64,000 nucleotides of DNA from Felis catus (taxonomy: Eukaryota). The notes below the pieces were generated by a model. That model saw only the letters and a program-made list of their open reading frames with translations, did not search any database and had not been told where the DNA came from. A program made the translations under genes and the position numbers. Where the stretch lies: assembly GCF_018350175.1 (NCBI RefSeq), contig NC_058368.1, positions 47,988,001 to 48,052,000 on the forward strand. The letters are read 5' to 3'. Positions within the stretch are counted from its first letter, which is position 1; every line of letters starts with the position of its first letter. Shown here one piece after another: positions 20,590 to 32,640 of the stretch.

Positions 20590-21600
20590 CTTGTTGGACC
20601 TTCCTTCAAAATATATGTAGAATCTGGTCACTTCCTATAACCTCTGTTAAAACCACTTTGACTCAATTCATCACTATCTCTCACTTGGATTATTATAATA
20701 ACTTCCTAATTGGTCTTTTTGCTTCTATTCTTGGTCCCTCAGAGTCAATTTTCAGTGCAGTAGCCAGAATAATTATAAGCAAAAAATTAAAACTCTACAG
20801 TATACTGCCATTAGTCTTAGGGTGAAGCCCCAAGTTCTTACATTGGTGAAGAACAGCCACCATCTGGCCCACAGTCCCCCCGTGGTCCCCCCTTGCACAC
20901 TTTCCCACTTCTCACTTCCTCCAGCTATGTTGACCTCCTTGCTGTTCCCTGAACATATCAGGAACATTCCCATTGTAGAACCTGTGCACTGGCTATTTCT
21001 TCTGCTAGGAACAGTCTTTCTCCAGATACCATTATGTTCTCGTGTTTGAATATCATTTCGACGAGGCTGACTTACACTCTTTAACAATTTTACCCCCCAC
21101 TGCCTGATGCTCACCTGTACTGGAACTTGCATTCCTCTTAGCGCTGTTCTACCTAAAAGAAATTTCCATTGCACTTCTCATCTTCTAAGACACTGTTTAA
21201 GTTTATGTATTTATCATCATCGTCATTGTCATCATCATTATCATTATTAATGGGCTAGTCTCCCCAGACTCAAATGTAAACTCCAGGAGAGCAGGAATCT
21301 TTTCCCATTTTGTTTCCTGGTATATCTCAAGAGCCTAGAAAAATTCCTGTCATAGGGGCATCTGGGTGGCTCAGTCGGTTGAGTTTGACTCTTGATTTTG
21401 GCTTGGGTCATGATCTCATAGTCGTGGGATCCAGCCCCATGTCGGGCTCCATGCTGAGCATGGAGCCTGCTTGGGATTCTCTCTCTCTCTCATAAAAAAA
21501 GAAAGAAAAAGAAAAAAAAAAAAGAAAAATTCCTGGCACAGAGTAGGCACTCCATAAATACTTGTTAATGAATTGAATAAAAGGTAGGATAGACAGAAAT
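20590..21600 (+). mobile_element. L2 (L2a-like) 3' region with a Can-SINE insertion
   Basis: TCTCACTTGGATTATTATAATAACTTCCTAATTGGTCT...CTTGCTGTTCCCTGAACA...AATGTAAACTCCAGGAGAGCAGG...CCTGGCACAGAGTAGGCACTCCATAAATACTTGTTAATGAAT. Confidence 0.85.
21355..21522 (+). mobile_element. Can-SINE inside the L2 tail
   Basis: Head GGGGCATCTGGGTGGCTCAGTCGG; near-perfect TSD AGAAAAATTCCTGTCATAG / AGAAAAATTCCTGGCACAG. Confidence 0.92.
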
Positions 21601-21714
21601 TGAAAACTACTTTGTTGGTAAAGGAAAAAATAGTGTGTAGTACAACTTTATGGCTATTGATTTGGGTCATGGGAAGGAAAAATGCCCCACTAATCAATAC
21701 AGAAAAAAATATAT

Positions 21715-22365
21715 ATAATTTTCAACTTGTTTTATTTTGTATTTTTAAAAAAATTTACATCCAAATTAGCATATAGTGCAACAATGATTTCAGGAGTAGA
21801 TTCCTTAGTGCCCCTTACCCATTTAGCTCATCCCTCCCTCCCACAACCCCTCCAGTAACCCTCAGTTTGTTCTCCATATCTATGAGTCTCTTCTGTTTTG
21901 TCTCCCTCCCTGTTTTTATATTATTTTTGTTTCCCTTCCCTTATGTTCATCTGTTTTGTCTCTTAAAGTCCTCATATGAGTGAAGTCATATGATTTTTGT
22001 CTTTCTCTGACTAATTTCACTTAGCATAACACCCTCCAGTTCCATCCATGTAGTTGCAAATGGCGAGATTTCATTCTTTTTGATTGCCGAGTAATACTCC
22101 ATTGCATATATATACCACATCTTCTTTATCCATCATCCATCGATGGACATTTGGGCTCTTTCCATACTTTGGCTATTGTTGATAGTGCTGCTATAAACTA
22201 GTACAAAGCACGTGAGGGTGCATGTGTCCCTTCGAAACAGCACACCTGTATCCTGTGGATAAATGCCTAGTAGTGCAATTGCTGGGTCGTAGGGTAGTTC
22301 TATTTTTAGTTTTTTGAGGAACCTCCATACTATTTCCCAGAGTGGCTGCACCAGCTTGCATTTCC
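21715..22365 (-). mobile_element. Carnivore/felid L1, 5'-truncated 3' end (ORF2 C-terminus plus 3' UTR)
   Basis: ORF 22133-22351 [44 protein letters not shown] is the L1 ORF2p C-terminus; flanks share ACAGAAAA..TATAT. Confidence 0.93.
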
Positions 22366-22867
22366 ACAGAAAACTATATTTCTAAAGGAAGGTATTTGTT
22401 GGATATACCAGTGAAAATGTCCAATAAACTGTTGAACATGTAACTCTGCAACTCGGGGTAAAGGTCTGGGGTGAAGAGAGAAATTAGGAAGCTTCTACTT
22501 ATAATTGTAGGCATGAGAAGAATGAGAAAAATAAGGTCTCTTGCGGTTTCGAATATATTTGTTTATCATATCTGCATCCTAAGATGAGAGAGCCTGAGTG
22601 GCATGGAGCTCTGGAGGGCTGGGGGTGGCTGGGGATGGAGAAGAGCTCACGAATGAATGTGATAGGGTGCCAGAAGCACGTTTTACCTACTTCACAATCT
22701 GGCATAGAGCTAAAGCATTTATGGTTGAGGAAGGTGAAGGATTAGAGGATGCAACCAGGCAGCTCCTTGTCATTTAAAGTGAGACAACCAAAGGATGATG
22801 GGGCAGAGCTTCTAATGTCCTACCTAAAAATGAATCAAATCAAATCAGTTTTAACATACATGCAGGG

Positions 22868-22902
22868 TTGTTTTGTTTTGTTTTGTTTTGTTTTGTTTTG
22901 TT
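22868..22902. repeat. (TTTTG)n pentanucleotide repeat
   Basis: Directly visible. Confidence 0.9.
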
Positions 22903-23699
22903 TACTACAACTGGGCTGGAATTGGGGCAGGGTAGGGGTCAGAAATGGGGCGTGGAGGGAGGATCATGGCCTAGCTCTTACTTTTCTAAACTCTAATAGT
23001 CGAATACTCAGTGGTATTTCTTCAGTCTTTTAGACCATCACCTTGTCCCTTCTTTGGAGAATAATTTTGTCATTGAAGCTTTCACTTTGGCAAGAATCCG
23101 ATTCATCAAGGAAGACAGAACTCCGTGTTTGCCTGCTTCAAGGCAGAGTTAAAGTCTACTTTGGCAAGCTTTACAAGGAAAAGAGAGAAAAGAAAATAAG
23201 AGCCATAAATCATCGGAGGCCAGAATACAGGATTAAAGATACTCAATCCATTTCAGAGAGGACTTTTGCTAGCATGTTCACCTAATGACCCTGTATTCTC
23301 CCATCAGCCTTTAGATCCTCCCACTCCGTGTGAGCTACGGGAGTGACATCTTATGTTAGAGGCAGCTACGGGGAACGATGAGATTCTGCAAGACTGGCAT
23401 AAGGCTTCTTAGTGACACTTCTAAGGGTCGTTGTTCTTAGGCAGGGTCCATTTTGAGAATTTCATGTTCGTGTTTATGTAACAGTACATCTTCAGAAATA
23501 ATAGGCACTTGTAACTCAACCCCTGTTGGTCTGTGGTAAACAGAGGAGAATGGCAGGGTTCCCATCTTGTAACTAATCCGCTCCCCTTCACATGACTAAT
23601 TTAAGTTGTGCATTCACAAACTCTTGGTGAGAATCAGATTTTAAGGGAACATATACTTCGTGAAATTGGGCAATTTTTAAAAGCCCAGGCCTCCAGATT

Positions 23700-26200
23700 T
23701 GTGTTCTGTACACTTGAACTTTAATGAACTTTTCTTCCTTTTCAGATAGGCTAAGAACACCTCTACACCTCATCATGAGTCACCTAGGTAATTATTACCT
23801 GTTGATTTTATAATAAAATGCTACTTATCAAATCTATCATGTCACTCTTTACATTATTAAGAAAAAACAATTTATATGGGCCAAATTACACCTGGAGACT
23901 GAGGAGAAAAAAAAAATTGTTATGATTTGTTTTTAAATTTAACGACATTCTGTGTCAAGAAATCCTGCAAGGAACCTTCAGATGGTACAAGGAGCTTTAC
24001 TTCTCACGTACAGAAGGCCGTCCTGCCGTAACTCCGGTTATCAGTATCCACTTGGAAATGAGGTAATTTGAACAAGGAATCAACACTTTGGAGCCTCCCC
24101 TAAGCCTTCATGTTCTAGCTTGAATTCAGTTAAAGGCAGTCCTCAAAGGATCGCCTGTCAGTTCATTGTTTTCAATTAGAATGTATTTACCCTGAGAGAA
24201 GAAAGAAGGAAACTGGCATTTATTTAGCCAGGCTTTCCTGCTGTAGTGTGTTTCCAGTGTAATGATGCATGTACCCAAGAACCTAGTATACTGTGAATAA
24301 ATATTTGTTGAATGAATAAATAAGTAATTAGCCAATGACAAAGTGTTCTCTTTGATTCCAGGGACAAGGGGAGCCTTTCAAGCGCAGTCATCTATTGTTT
24401 CCTGGAGCTGAGGTAATATTAATAGAGGAAGTACTCATGGACCTTCCATTGGTAGCTTCTGTGCCTCAGAATTAGCACTAGAAAAGTGCCCTCAATTTTC
24501 CTGCATGCTGAAGTGAACTAATCCTCGTTGAGCCGGGAATAGAAGGTCGAGGGTCGTAACTGTCATCTTTCTGGGACACTCAACTTCCTGTGGGGTCCCT
24601 GGGCCACACCCAGAGATACTCAACAACTTCACAGAGGAGGACTCTCGGGTTCCTCCTCTCCCTCCCCTAAACGTTCACTAATCATTTGGAAGTTTGATTT
24701 GGGAGTTGTGCTTTAAAGCATCTGGCTTAGTTTTGAAATACAGCAATCACTGTTTCAGATTCCCCCCCCCCACCCCTCCGCCCCCCCCCCCCACACACAC
24801 ACCCCGTCTCTCTTTTTTTTTTTTTTTTTTTTTTTTGCAGCATATGTGATGAGAACAGCCTTGGTCAGAACCATGAAGCAGCCGAATAGTCTTTGTGTCG
24901 CAGGAGTGGGACGCTTGGATTTTAGTCACCTTCTTTACTTGTATAAGCCACAGAAACAAAAGCTAAACCTGGTGCGTAGCCGTGGTTCAGTTCACCCATG
25001 ATAGGCCCTGAGAGGTTAGCCTTGGTTTCAGATATGTGTAAGTAAGCCATGGTGATTTGAAGTTGGGGAGAATGAGATGTGGTTGATGACATTTCCTGAG
25101 GATCTGTTGAGTAAGCGGTCGACTCATGTTTCTAAGGAGCATTCGGTTACTTCAGGTCAAAGAGATTTGCATGAGAAATTTGTGCACCTGGAAATATAAA
25201 TTGCATGCTTAATAATTGCATGTGCAGTAAGGGAAGTTTTATTAAGGCCTCGAGGAAGATTGGACTCACTGGCCATACGTGCTAACAGCAGTGAGGAGAA
25301 AACGCGGGTCTAGTGGAAAGGGATGACAATCTGGGTTTAGAGCAGGTGGGCGCTAGGATTCGGAGCATTCCGACGATGAGACCCGGAGGTCGAGCTGGGA
25401 AGGGCGTCTGGGCTCAATGAGCAGCCGCAGAAACCCAGCGCTTTTCCTTTTTATGTGAAACACTCAAGTTTTGTGGGGAAGATTAAGCCTGAGAAATCTA
25501 AGAACAGTTTGACTAGTTACACTCTGGAAATCTGGCAGGAGGAAAGGTGAGTGATTAAGGTGGTTTCGGTCTAGCCCATAGTGCTCAGCACTCTTTGGCA
25601 CTGCTTGGTTTGGCAAAATTGTTAACACCCTTCTGGAGAGAAGCTTGGGGCTGAGAGATTAAGGGCATCACAGGTCAAAGGTTGACTGTGTTAATGTATT
25701 TATTTAGGAAACCATACAAAAGCCCTTATTAACCTTGGCTTTTGGAGACCGGGGTTGTCAATCCTTCACTTTCGTGATCCCATTTTCACCTAAAAATGTT
25801 TTTGAGCAGCCCAGGATCAAAACAGAATCTATGTACCTCAGGTAGAAACATGTTGAACTGCGTGGTACCTGGAATAAATACTACGTACACTGGCGGCTTC
25901 GTTGGTTAGCTACCTATCACGTGAGCTATTCTTTCGTTCCTATAAATTTAGTTACTATTTCAGGAGAGAAGGTAAGTTATTTTTCAAAAATAGGGTGGAA
26001 GGAGTGTTCTCTATTATTAAAAAAAAAAATTCCTCTTTCAAAATGAAGCTTTCAGATTCCGAATCGTTTAGGGGAGCACTGTCTACCTGAAAAAAAAATA
26101 CGAGGTGTCTTTTAGTCTCAGGGGGGTTTAGCAACAAACCATTATTGTTTGCAGGCTGATTGTTCTGAGAAGGCGAGCTGCCTTAATGACAGCTTAGGCA
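23700..26200 (+). promoter_or_regulatory. Repeat-poor, CpG-retaining segment with several plus-strand splice signals; candidate alternative promoter, 5' UTR or lncRNA exons
   Basis: Acceptor and donor flanking 23746-23787; donors at 24063, 25547 (AAG/GTGAGT) and 25973 (AAG/GTAAGT); T24-GCAG acceptor ending 24840; CACGTG at 25918-25923. Confidence 0.35.
24760..24836. repeat. Poly-C, (CA)n, (TC)n and poly-T compound tract
   Basis: Directly visible. Confidence 0.9.
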
Positions 26201-27604
26201 GTAACAATCCATGATATAGTACTTACTTGGATGTAGCAACAACTGTGCTCTAAGCCAAGAAGAAGGAGGAAAAAAGTCAGTATCTTGTGCGTGAGAAGCT
26301 TGTAGATACCCTGAGGTGACTTCATATAATTCTAAAATAGCAGGTAGCTTCTTGCATAGCTAATCAAGGCATCAGCGCCTGGAGCAAGTGGAGGTGGCTG
26401 ACAGTGTACTTTGGTTTCAGATGCATTCAGCTCTTTTTGAGTGATATGAGCTTAATTCATATTCTGGTTTCTATACTAAAAGTTTATGTGTTCTGATTTG
26501 GCAAATATCCTCCCCCACAACCTGACAGAGCGTGCTTTGATAAAGCTGCCGATCTTAACGTCTTACTTGCATTTGTTCATTTGTTCGTTATATGCGGTGA
26601 GAAAGTTCGTACAGCTGAATAAAGGGAAGAGGTTTTTTTTGTTTTTTGTTTTTTGGGTTTTTTTTTTTTTAAGCATTGAGTTATACCCCACCCTCCACTT
26701 CCATTCATTGCTCAGCAAAGGACAAAGGCGGCTCACCTGAAAAACTTGAAATACACCCTGTAGGTAAGTGGAAAGAGCTCACAGAGAAAGGAGTCATCCT
26801 GACTTTGTAAAGTAGGTATGTCATTTCTGGAGAGAGCAGCACTTTCATGAAAGTGAAGGTCACAGAGTGACATGCTTAGATAGTTTTAATTGCCAGCATC
26901 TTGAGGTCTTCCAAAGAAAGTGTAACATCAGTGGATGGCTTTGGTTTGTCATTATGCCCATCCAAGCTCTGGGCTGTGGTTTTGGTTCTATAAATCCCTC
27001 TGGTTTAAGATGTAAAGGAAACAACTTCTCGTAGGGACCATTGGCCACTTGCTAGGCAATCACTGTCGCGAGGCAGATCTACCTTATAAAACAGAGGGCT
27101 CAGGCTCAGTGCTCAGGAAGCTACAAGTGGAAACTCCACATTCAAAGAGCCCATAATTTTACTCTAATAGATATTTAGCAGCTTAAATGAAATAACAAGG
27201 AATACATTCACTCAGGCGCCATCCAGGAGGATTTGCTGGGTATTTTACATTCCACTCTTTGAAAGGAAAAACATAATTTTTTATACTTTCCCATGATATA
27301 TGAATATTTTGGTATGCAAAGAGATAATACATAGCATACCTTTAAGGCTAAATCAAGTTCTGTTTGGCCAAAGGGATTTACTGCTATCAGTATAATGCAG
27401 GCCAGTCAATCAAGTTGAATTTTTCCTCCAAATCAGTGCATTAGCGTTCAACCAGGCAGCCTCTTGCTTTTTTGGTCTGGTTTGTTCACATGCTGCTCAA
27501 TTTTCAGGATCAACAAATACGAATGCTGTAACTTACGACTCCATGCCTGTTTCTCCTTACTCCCCAGGACCTCGCTCTCGGGGGTAGTTTGTGGTTTCAG
27601 TCAT

Positions 27605-27837
27605 TTTTCTTTTTATCTTTTATTTTTTATTTAAAAAAAAAGTTTTCTTTATTTTGAGAGAGAGCGTGCACATGAGCGGGGGAGGGGCAGAGAGAGAGGG
27701 AGAGAGAGAATCCCAAACAGGATCTGCATCGTCAGCACAGAGCCTGACTTGGGGCTCCATCTCAGGAATAGTGAGATCAGGACCTGAGCCAAAATCAGCA
27801 GTGGGATGCTTACCCAACTGAGCCACCCAAGAGCCCC
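27605..27837 (-). mobile_element. Can-SINE
   Basis: GAGAGAATCCCAAACAGG...GTCAGCACAGAGCCTGAC...AACTGAGCCACCCAAGAGCCCC. Confidence 0.92.
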
Positions 27838-28049
27838 TGTGATTTTTTTCTGTTAGCCACTCAGAACTCCATGGGTCTAAGCAGAGTTTATCATCCTGCC
27901 CTCCTTCCAGTCTCACACACCTTCAAGTCACAGCCCTGATTCTTCTTTTGATTCCCCTCTGACATCTGTTCAGTGCCCTCCCTCCACGGTGCTTGCCCTC
28001 CTGTAGTCCCTCTGTGTCTCTAGGCTGGAGTCCTGTCACATCGACAGGA

Positions 28050-28245
28050 CTGAGTGTGATGGTTACTATGGCAAAGCACTCAGGCTCTGCAGTTAGAACA
28101 GACCTTTGCACTGAGTACTACTTCTGTTACTACCCAGATGAAATGTGGGGGAAATAATAGGACTTCCTCTTAAATAGGAGCAGGCTAGTAAAATACTTGG
28201 CGTGTTGCTTGGATAGTTAATGCTCCATAAATGTTGGTCATTAGG
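28050..28245 (+). mobile_element. MIR relic
   Basis: GCACTCAGGCTCTGCAGTTAGAACAGACC...AAATGTGGGGGAAATAATAGG...GCTCCATAAATGTTGGTCATTA. Confidence 0.5.
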
Positions 28246-28289
28246 AGTGTCTACTGGTCTTCCTCACCTCGCTACCTCCTCTTGTCACC

Positions 28290-28860
28290 ATCAGCAGAGT
28301 TGTCTTCCTTCTACTTGGAATCAATCGAGCTGCGGCCCTTCTCAGAAATCCTGGGTCACGGCTAGTCCTGTTGGCTCAGGTTTGCACACATTCGGAGCCA
28401 TCCCTCCATAACTACTTCATGCTCAAGTCGTCCTCTTTGCGCCCTTCCAGCCCCCTGGGACAAAGAGCACAGCCCATTCCACTCTTGCACCTCGGTGCCT
28501 TTGCTCATGCTCCACCTGGCATGCTGCTCTCTGTCTCTGCCACTCGTTAGTATTCTCCTCATCCCTTGAGGTCCTGTTCAAGTGACATCTCTCTCCCCCA
28601 GGAAACCTTTTTATATAAATATGTTTGAAGTCTTTTTTGGCCATCTGGTGAGAATTGATTACTCTTTTGGTCACGGTCTCATGTCACTTTGCTCGTACCT
28701 CTGGTGAGACTTGCCCAGTTGCATTTTGTAATAGAGTTAGTTGCGGATATCTGTCTCCCTCACGGGATTCTGAACAACTTCAGGGCAGGCATCGTAGCAT
28801 TAAAAAATCTCGCTATCTACACAGTGCTCTGGTCATAATATATGATCAATAAATGTTTTA
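28290..28860 (+). mobile_element. L2 3' region
   Basis: CTTTGCTCATGCTCCACCTGGCATGC...AGGAAACCTTTT...ACTTCAGGGCAGG...TCAATAAATGTTT. Confidence 0.65.
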
Positions 28861-29764
28861 GAATTGAATTAAAATTAGATATTATGCGGATAGCATCTAA
28901 ATATCTGTAAGTGGACTGGAGCCACTGGGCACATTTACTATAAAACTTAGTAGGTATGTGTGACTCTGGTGATACGAGTGGGCCCTCCAATGTCTTTGAT
29001 AGTCAGCAGCAGAGGGACTCCTCACTCACCCCAGAGCCTTGATGAGATAGCAGATAGAATGTGAGCTGGTGGGCAGGAGTCATCTTTCACATGGCTCGCA
29101 ATGGAGAAGTTAGAGGATAGGGGTTTCCTCCCTTGCTAAGAGGGTAGAGAGAGGGAGAGCTGCTCTTGCTTGGTACATAGTCCTAAAATGTGATTCTGGG
29201 TCACTCCATGGTGAGAGCTGGACAGGGAGAGTTGGGATTTATCCCTGGATGACAGGAGGTTGACATTTCCTAAAAAGCCCGATTCCAGCATAGAGGACAC
29301 CCTTTGTCATTGGATAAAACGTTCACTAGCGTGCAGGTGGGAAAGGTGCCCAGAATGTGTTGAAACCTCTTTTCCCCTTCTTTTCTGGTGACAGGGCAGT
29401 GGCTGGGACATGGCTGCCCACCTCAGGACTGCAGTTCTTGACAAGCTTGGCAGCTAGGTTTTAGGCAAAGAAATGTGCTTAAAATTTATGTGTGCAACTT
29501 CTCACTCATTTCCTGAGGGAAAGTCTCTGGCACTGGGTCTCTACTTTTTCTTCTCTTCCTACTGGCAGGGATGGAAGTCATTGAACTGACCTTGGAAGCC
29601 ATTTGTTGAAGATGGCAGAGCTGTGTCAGCTTGGCTCACTGAACGCCTGGGCGAAACAGAGCCTCCTGTTGCAGAGAGAACAGTATCAGCCGCTACATTG
29701 CATTTATTATAGCGGCTGTCGGTTCCCCCATACAGGGTCTTTTCTTTTCCCAAAGCTGTCCCCA

Positions 29765-30140
29765 AATATTTGTTGAACACTGACTATGTGTTAGGCCCCC
29801 ACTATGTGCAAGAATAAAAACAAGAATGAATGATTCTCAGTCTCTGTCTTTAAGGAGTTTATAGCTAGGTCCAACAGATAAGACACATTGTGATAAAAAA
29901 CTATACAGGCATGCTCTCGCCAGACCATGGCCAACCTATAACCTGAAGGTTATAGGAAGAAAGAGAGGTTCCTTTCAACTGTAGTGAGCTAGAGAGTCCC
30001 ACGAAGGAGCTGGGTTAGAAAGGTGGAGAGGTGCAAGGAAGACATTCCGGACGGGCAAGTGCAGTGTGTATTTTGAGATTGGGGGAGGTGATAGTGAACT
30101 CACAAGTTTGGACAGACTAAAACAATTTGTTTTGGACCAG
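29765..30140 (-). mobile_element. L2 3' end
   Basis: AAATATTTGTTGAACACTGACTATGTGTTAGGC...TCTGTCTTTAAGGAGTTTATAG. Confidence 0.65.
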
Positions 30141-31751
30141 GGAGTAGCAGTAGTTACCTCTGGACAAGTTGTTGGGATGTGACTGGGGCAACGTCTTGAA
30201 TACCAGAGCGCCTTGGGAGTTGGTTTCTCCCGGCAGCCAGTGAGGAGCTGTCTAAGGCAACATCATTGCATACCACTGTGAATCTTCCAGTTTGCATGTA
30301 GTAACCCAAGCAACATTTTGTTTGTTCACAGATTTGTTGTCCTGGCACCTCGTAGGAAGCTGTGAGAAATTTGCTTCAGTCTCTAAAGTACAGTTTTCTA
30401 CAAATAGCTGGTTTGTGTACCAGGGGCCTACGGCCATTCCACAGAGCCAACTTCAGAGGAACAAACACATGGATGGTTGTGTCAATGGCTCAACCCTTTC
30501 CTTTTAACTCCACCTTTAAAACAAACTTCCTGTCATCTCCCTAGGAAGATTTTCTACATTTTCTACACCAGTGACTTCTTACTGCACCTGTCTTTGTGTA
30601 ATTACTTCTTTTAAAAAAACACAAGTAAACTTTGCATGTTTAATCTCATTCTTCTTACCTCACTAACTGGCATTTTATTGATTTACCTGTTCAAGAAGTC
30701 ATGTTCAGACTCAGCACCTCTGCAGTTACTCTTGTTTGTTTTTATTTATTAACCACCTAGCAACATAGTCTTACGGGAGCCCTCCTTAACAATTGGTATC
30801 CTACACACATGTCTCCAGTATTGTGTCGATTTTTCCAGCCATACACACGTTTCTTCCTTTTGAACCAGTAGCAGGAATCTCAAAACTTGAGAAAGTCAAG
30901 CTCAGAGAAAGTTGACTTCTAGGTGGTTTTCCTTGTCTTATCTCCAAAGAGTTAGATGTCTGTGGTCTTGAAATGGCAAAAGTTTAGATGAAGGAGAGTT
31001 TGACTGCAGCTGGCAAAATTTGAGTCATAATTTTCAACTTGGGCGGGCTAGCATTAACTTCAGCGTGTTCCCTAAACATGTGAGGGTAGAAGGCCAAGAT
31101 GCCGGAACAGCATTCTGTGACCCTTTGTCCAAGAGTGACCTTTCTTGAATTATTGAATCAGATGTGGGAGAAGATGGTGTGAAAATAAGAAGGCTTCTCA
31201 GATGTTTGAATTTTAGAAGACATTATTCTTGCCAATATGATGGAAAATGTTGTATAATTCATTTTAACATTGTAGAAAATCAGGAATGGAAGCTCCTTTT
31301 GGGCTATGGGAAAAAAAAAACTCTCAACTTATAAATGTTGATATCTTAGTAACTGTTTAACTTATGGGATATTCTGTGGGTCTAATCAACAGAATTGTGA
31401 TCAACAGTGTGGTGATTTAGCTTCGTTTTTATCACATTCTGGCAAGTTGTGTTTAAACAGGTCATGATATCTTATTCTTTAACTACTATCTCTGTGTTTC
31501 CCCTCCTTACAAGAGCAGGGCTGTCATTTAGAGAAGTGAGCCCACGTTGGTGCTAGAATCACAAGGATGCTTTTGCTGCAATATGGATTTGGAGTGTACA
31601 GTGTAACCATTTATTTATCTCCATCCACATATGAATTAGCTTGTTTTCCTATCCCTCCCTGGCAGTTGCTGTTTCTTCTTTTAGTTTTTGCTTTTCGTTC
31701 TCCCTACACATTATTTTTCTTAGTTTCTAAATACCATTGTTTTTGTTTTTA

Positions 31752-31977
31752 TTTTTATTTTTTTTAATTTTTTTTCAACGTTTATTTATTTTTGGGACAG
31801 AGAGAGACAGAGCATGAACGGGGGAGGGGCAGAGAGAGAGGGAGACACAGAATCAGAAACAGGCTCCAGGCTCTGAGCCATCAGCCCAGAGCCTGACGCG
31901 GGGCTCGAACTCAGGACCGCGAGATCGTGACCTGGCTGAAGTCGGACGCTTAACCGACTGCGCCACCCAGGCGCCCC
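31752..31977 (-). mobile_element. Young felid Can-SINE (SINEC_Fc-like)
   Basis: CpG-rich, close to the copy at 1296-1521; 14-bp TSD TGTTTTTGTTTTTA at 31738-31751 and 31978-31991. Confidence 0.96.
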
Positions 31978-31994
31978 TGTTTTTGTTTTTAAAG

Positions 31995-32160
31995 TTTATG
32001 GTTGGGGATGGGGGACAATGGGGAATGACTGTTAACGGGTATAGGATTTATTTGGGGGGATAATGAAAATGTTCTAAAATTGATTATGGTAATGGGTAGA
32101 TGACTCTGAATACACACACAGAAAATAATTGAATTGTATGCTGTAAACATGTGCATTTCT
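31995..32160 (+). mobile_element. Old L1 (L1MB/ME-like) 3' terminal fragment
   Basis: GGGAATGACTGTTAACGGGTATAGGATTT...GATAATGAAAATGTTCTAAAATTGATTATGGT. Confidence 0.7.
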
Positions 32161-32640
32161 TGAGCACCTTGTAGAACCAGATTCTCTGTGGGCCCTAGGA
32201 TCCGTGGTGAATAAAATGAGTGAATAAAATGAGTAAGTTCCCTGTCCTCAAGGGATTGATATTCAAGTGATGGAAATAAATGCTAAATAATTAAAAAATT
32301 GTTTTGTATGGTAATAAATTCTCAAGAGAATATTTAAAGGTGAAAATATTATAGAGAGTTTATTTTAACTTAAGATAGAATCTTCAGGAGAGTTCTCTCT
32401 GAGAAGGTAGCATTTCAGGTGATCCTAAATGATAGAAGAGCAGCCAGACGTGTGCATACTTGGGGCAAGAGCACTCCAGGCAAAGGGAATATACAGGGTC
32501 AAGTTCCAGGGTGGCTGGGTATACCAGAGGGCGCATGATGCAGATGTTGTAAGGGGAAAAGCCCTTTATTTTTGTTGTAATTACAATGGACAGTCATTGG
32601 GAGATCATAAGTAGGGGCATGTTAGAGTTTGATTTCCATC
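32160..32640 (-). mobile_element. L2 3' region
   Basis: TTGAGCACCTT...CCCTGTCCTCAAGGGATTGATATTC...TCTCTGAGAAGGTAGCATTTCAG...CACTCCAGGCAAAGGGAATA. Confidence 0.7.
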
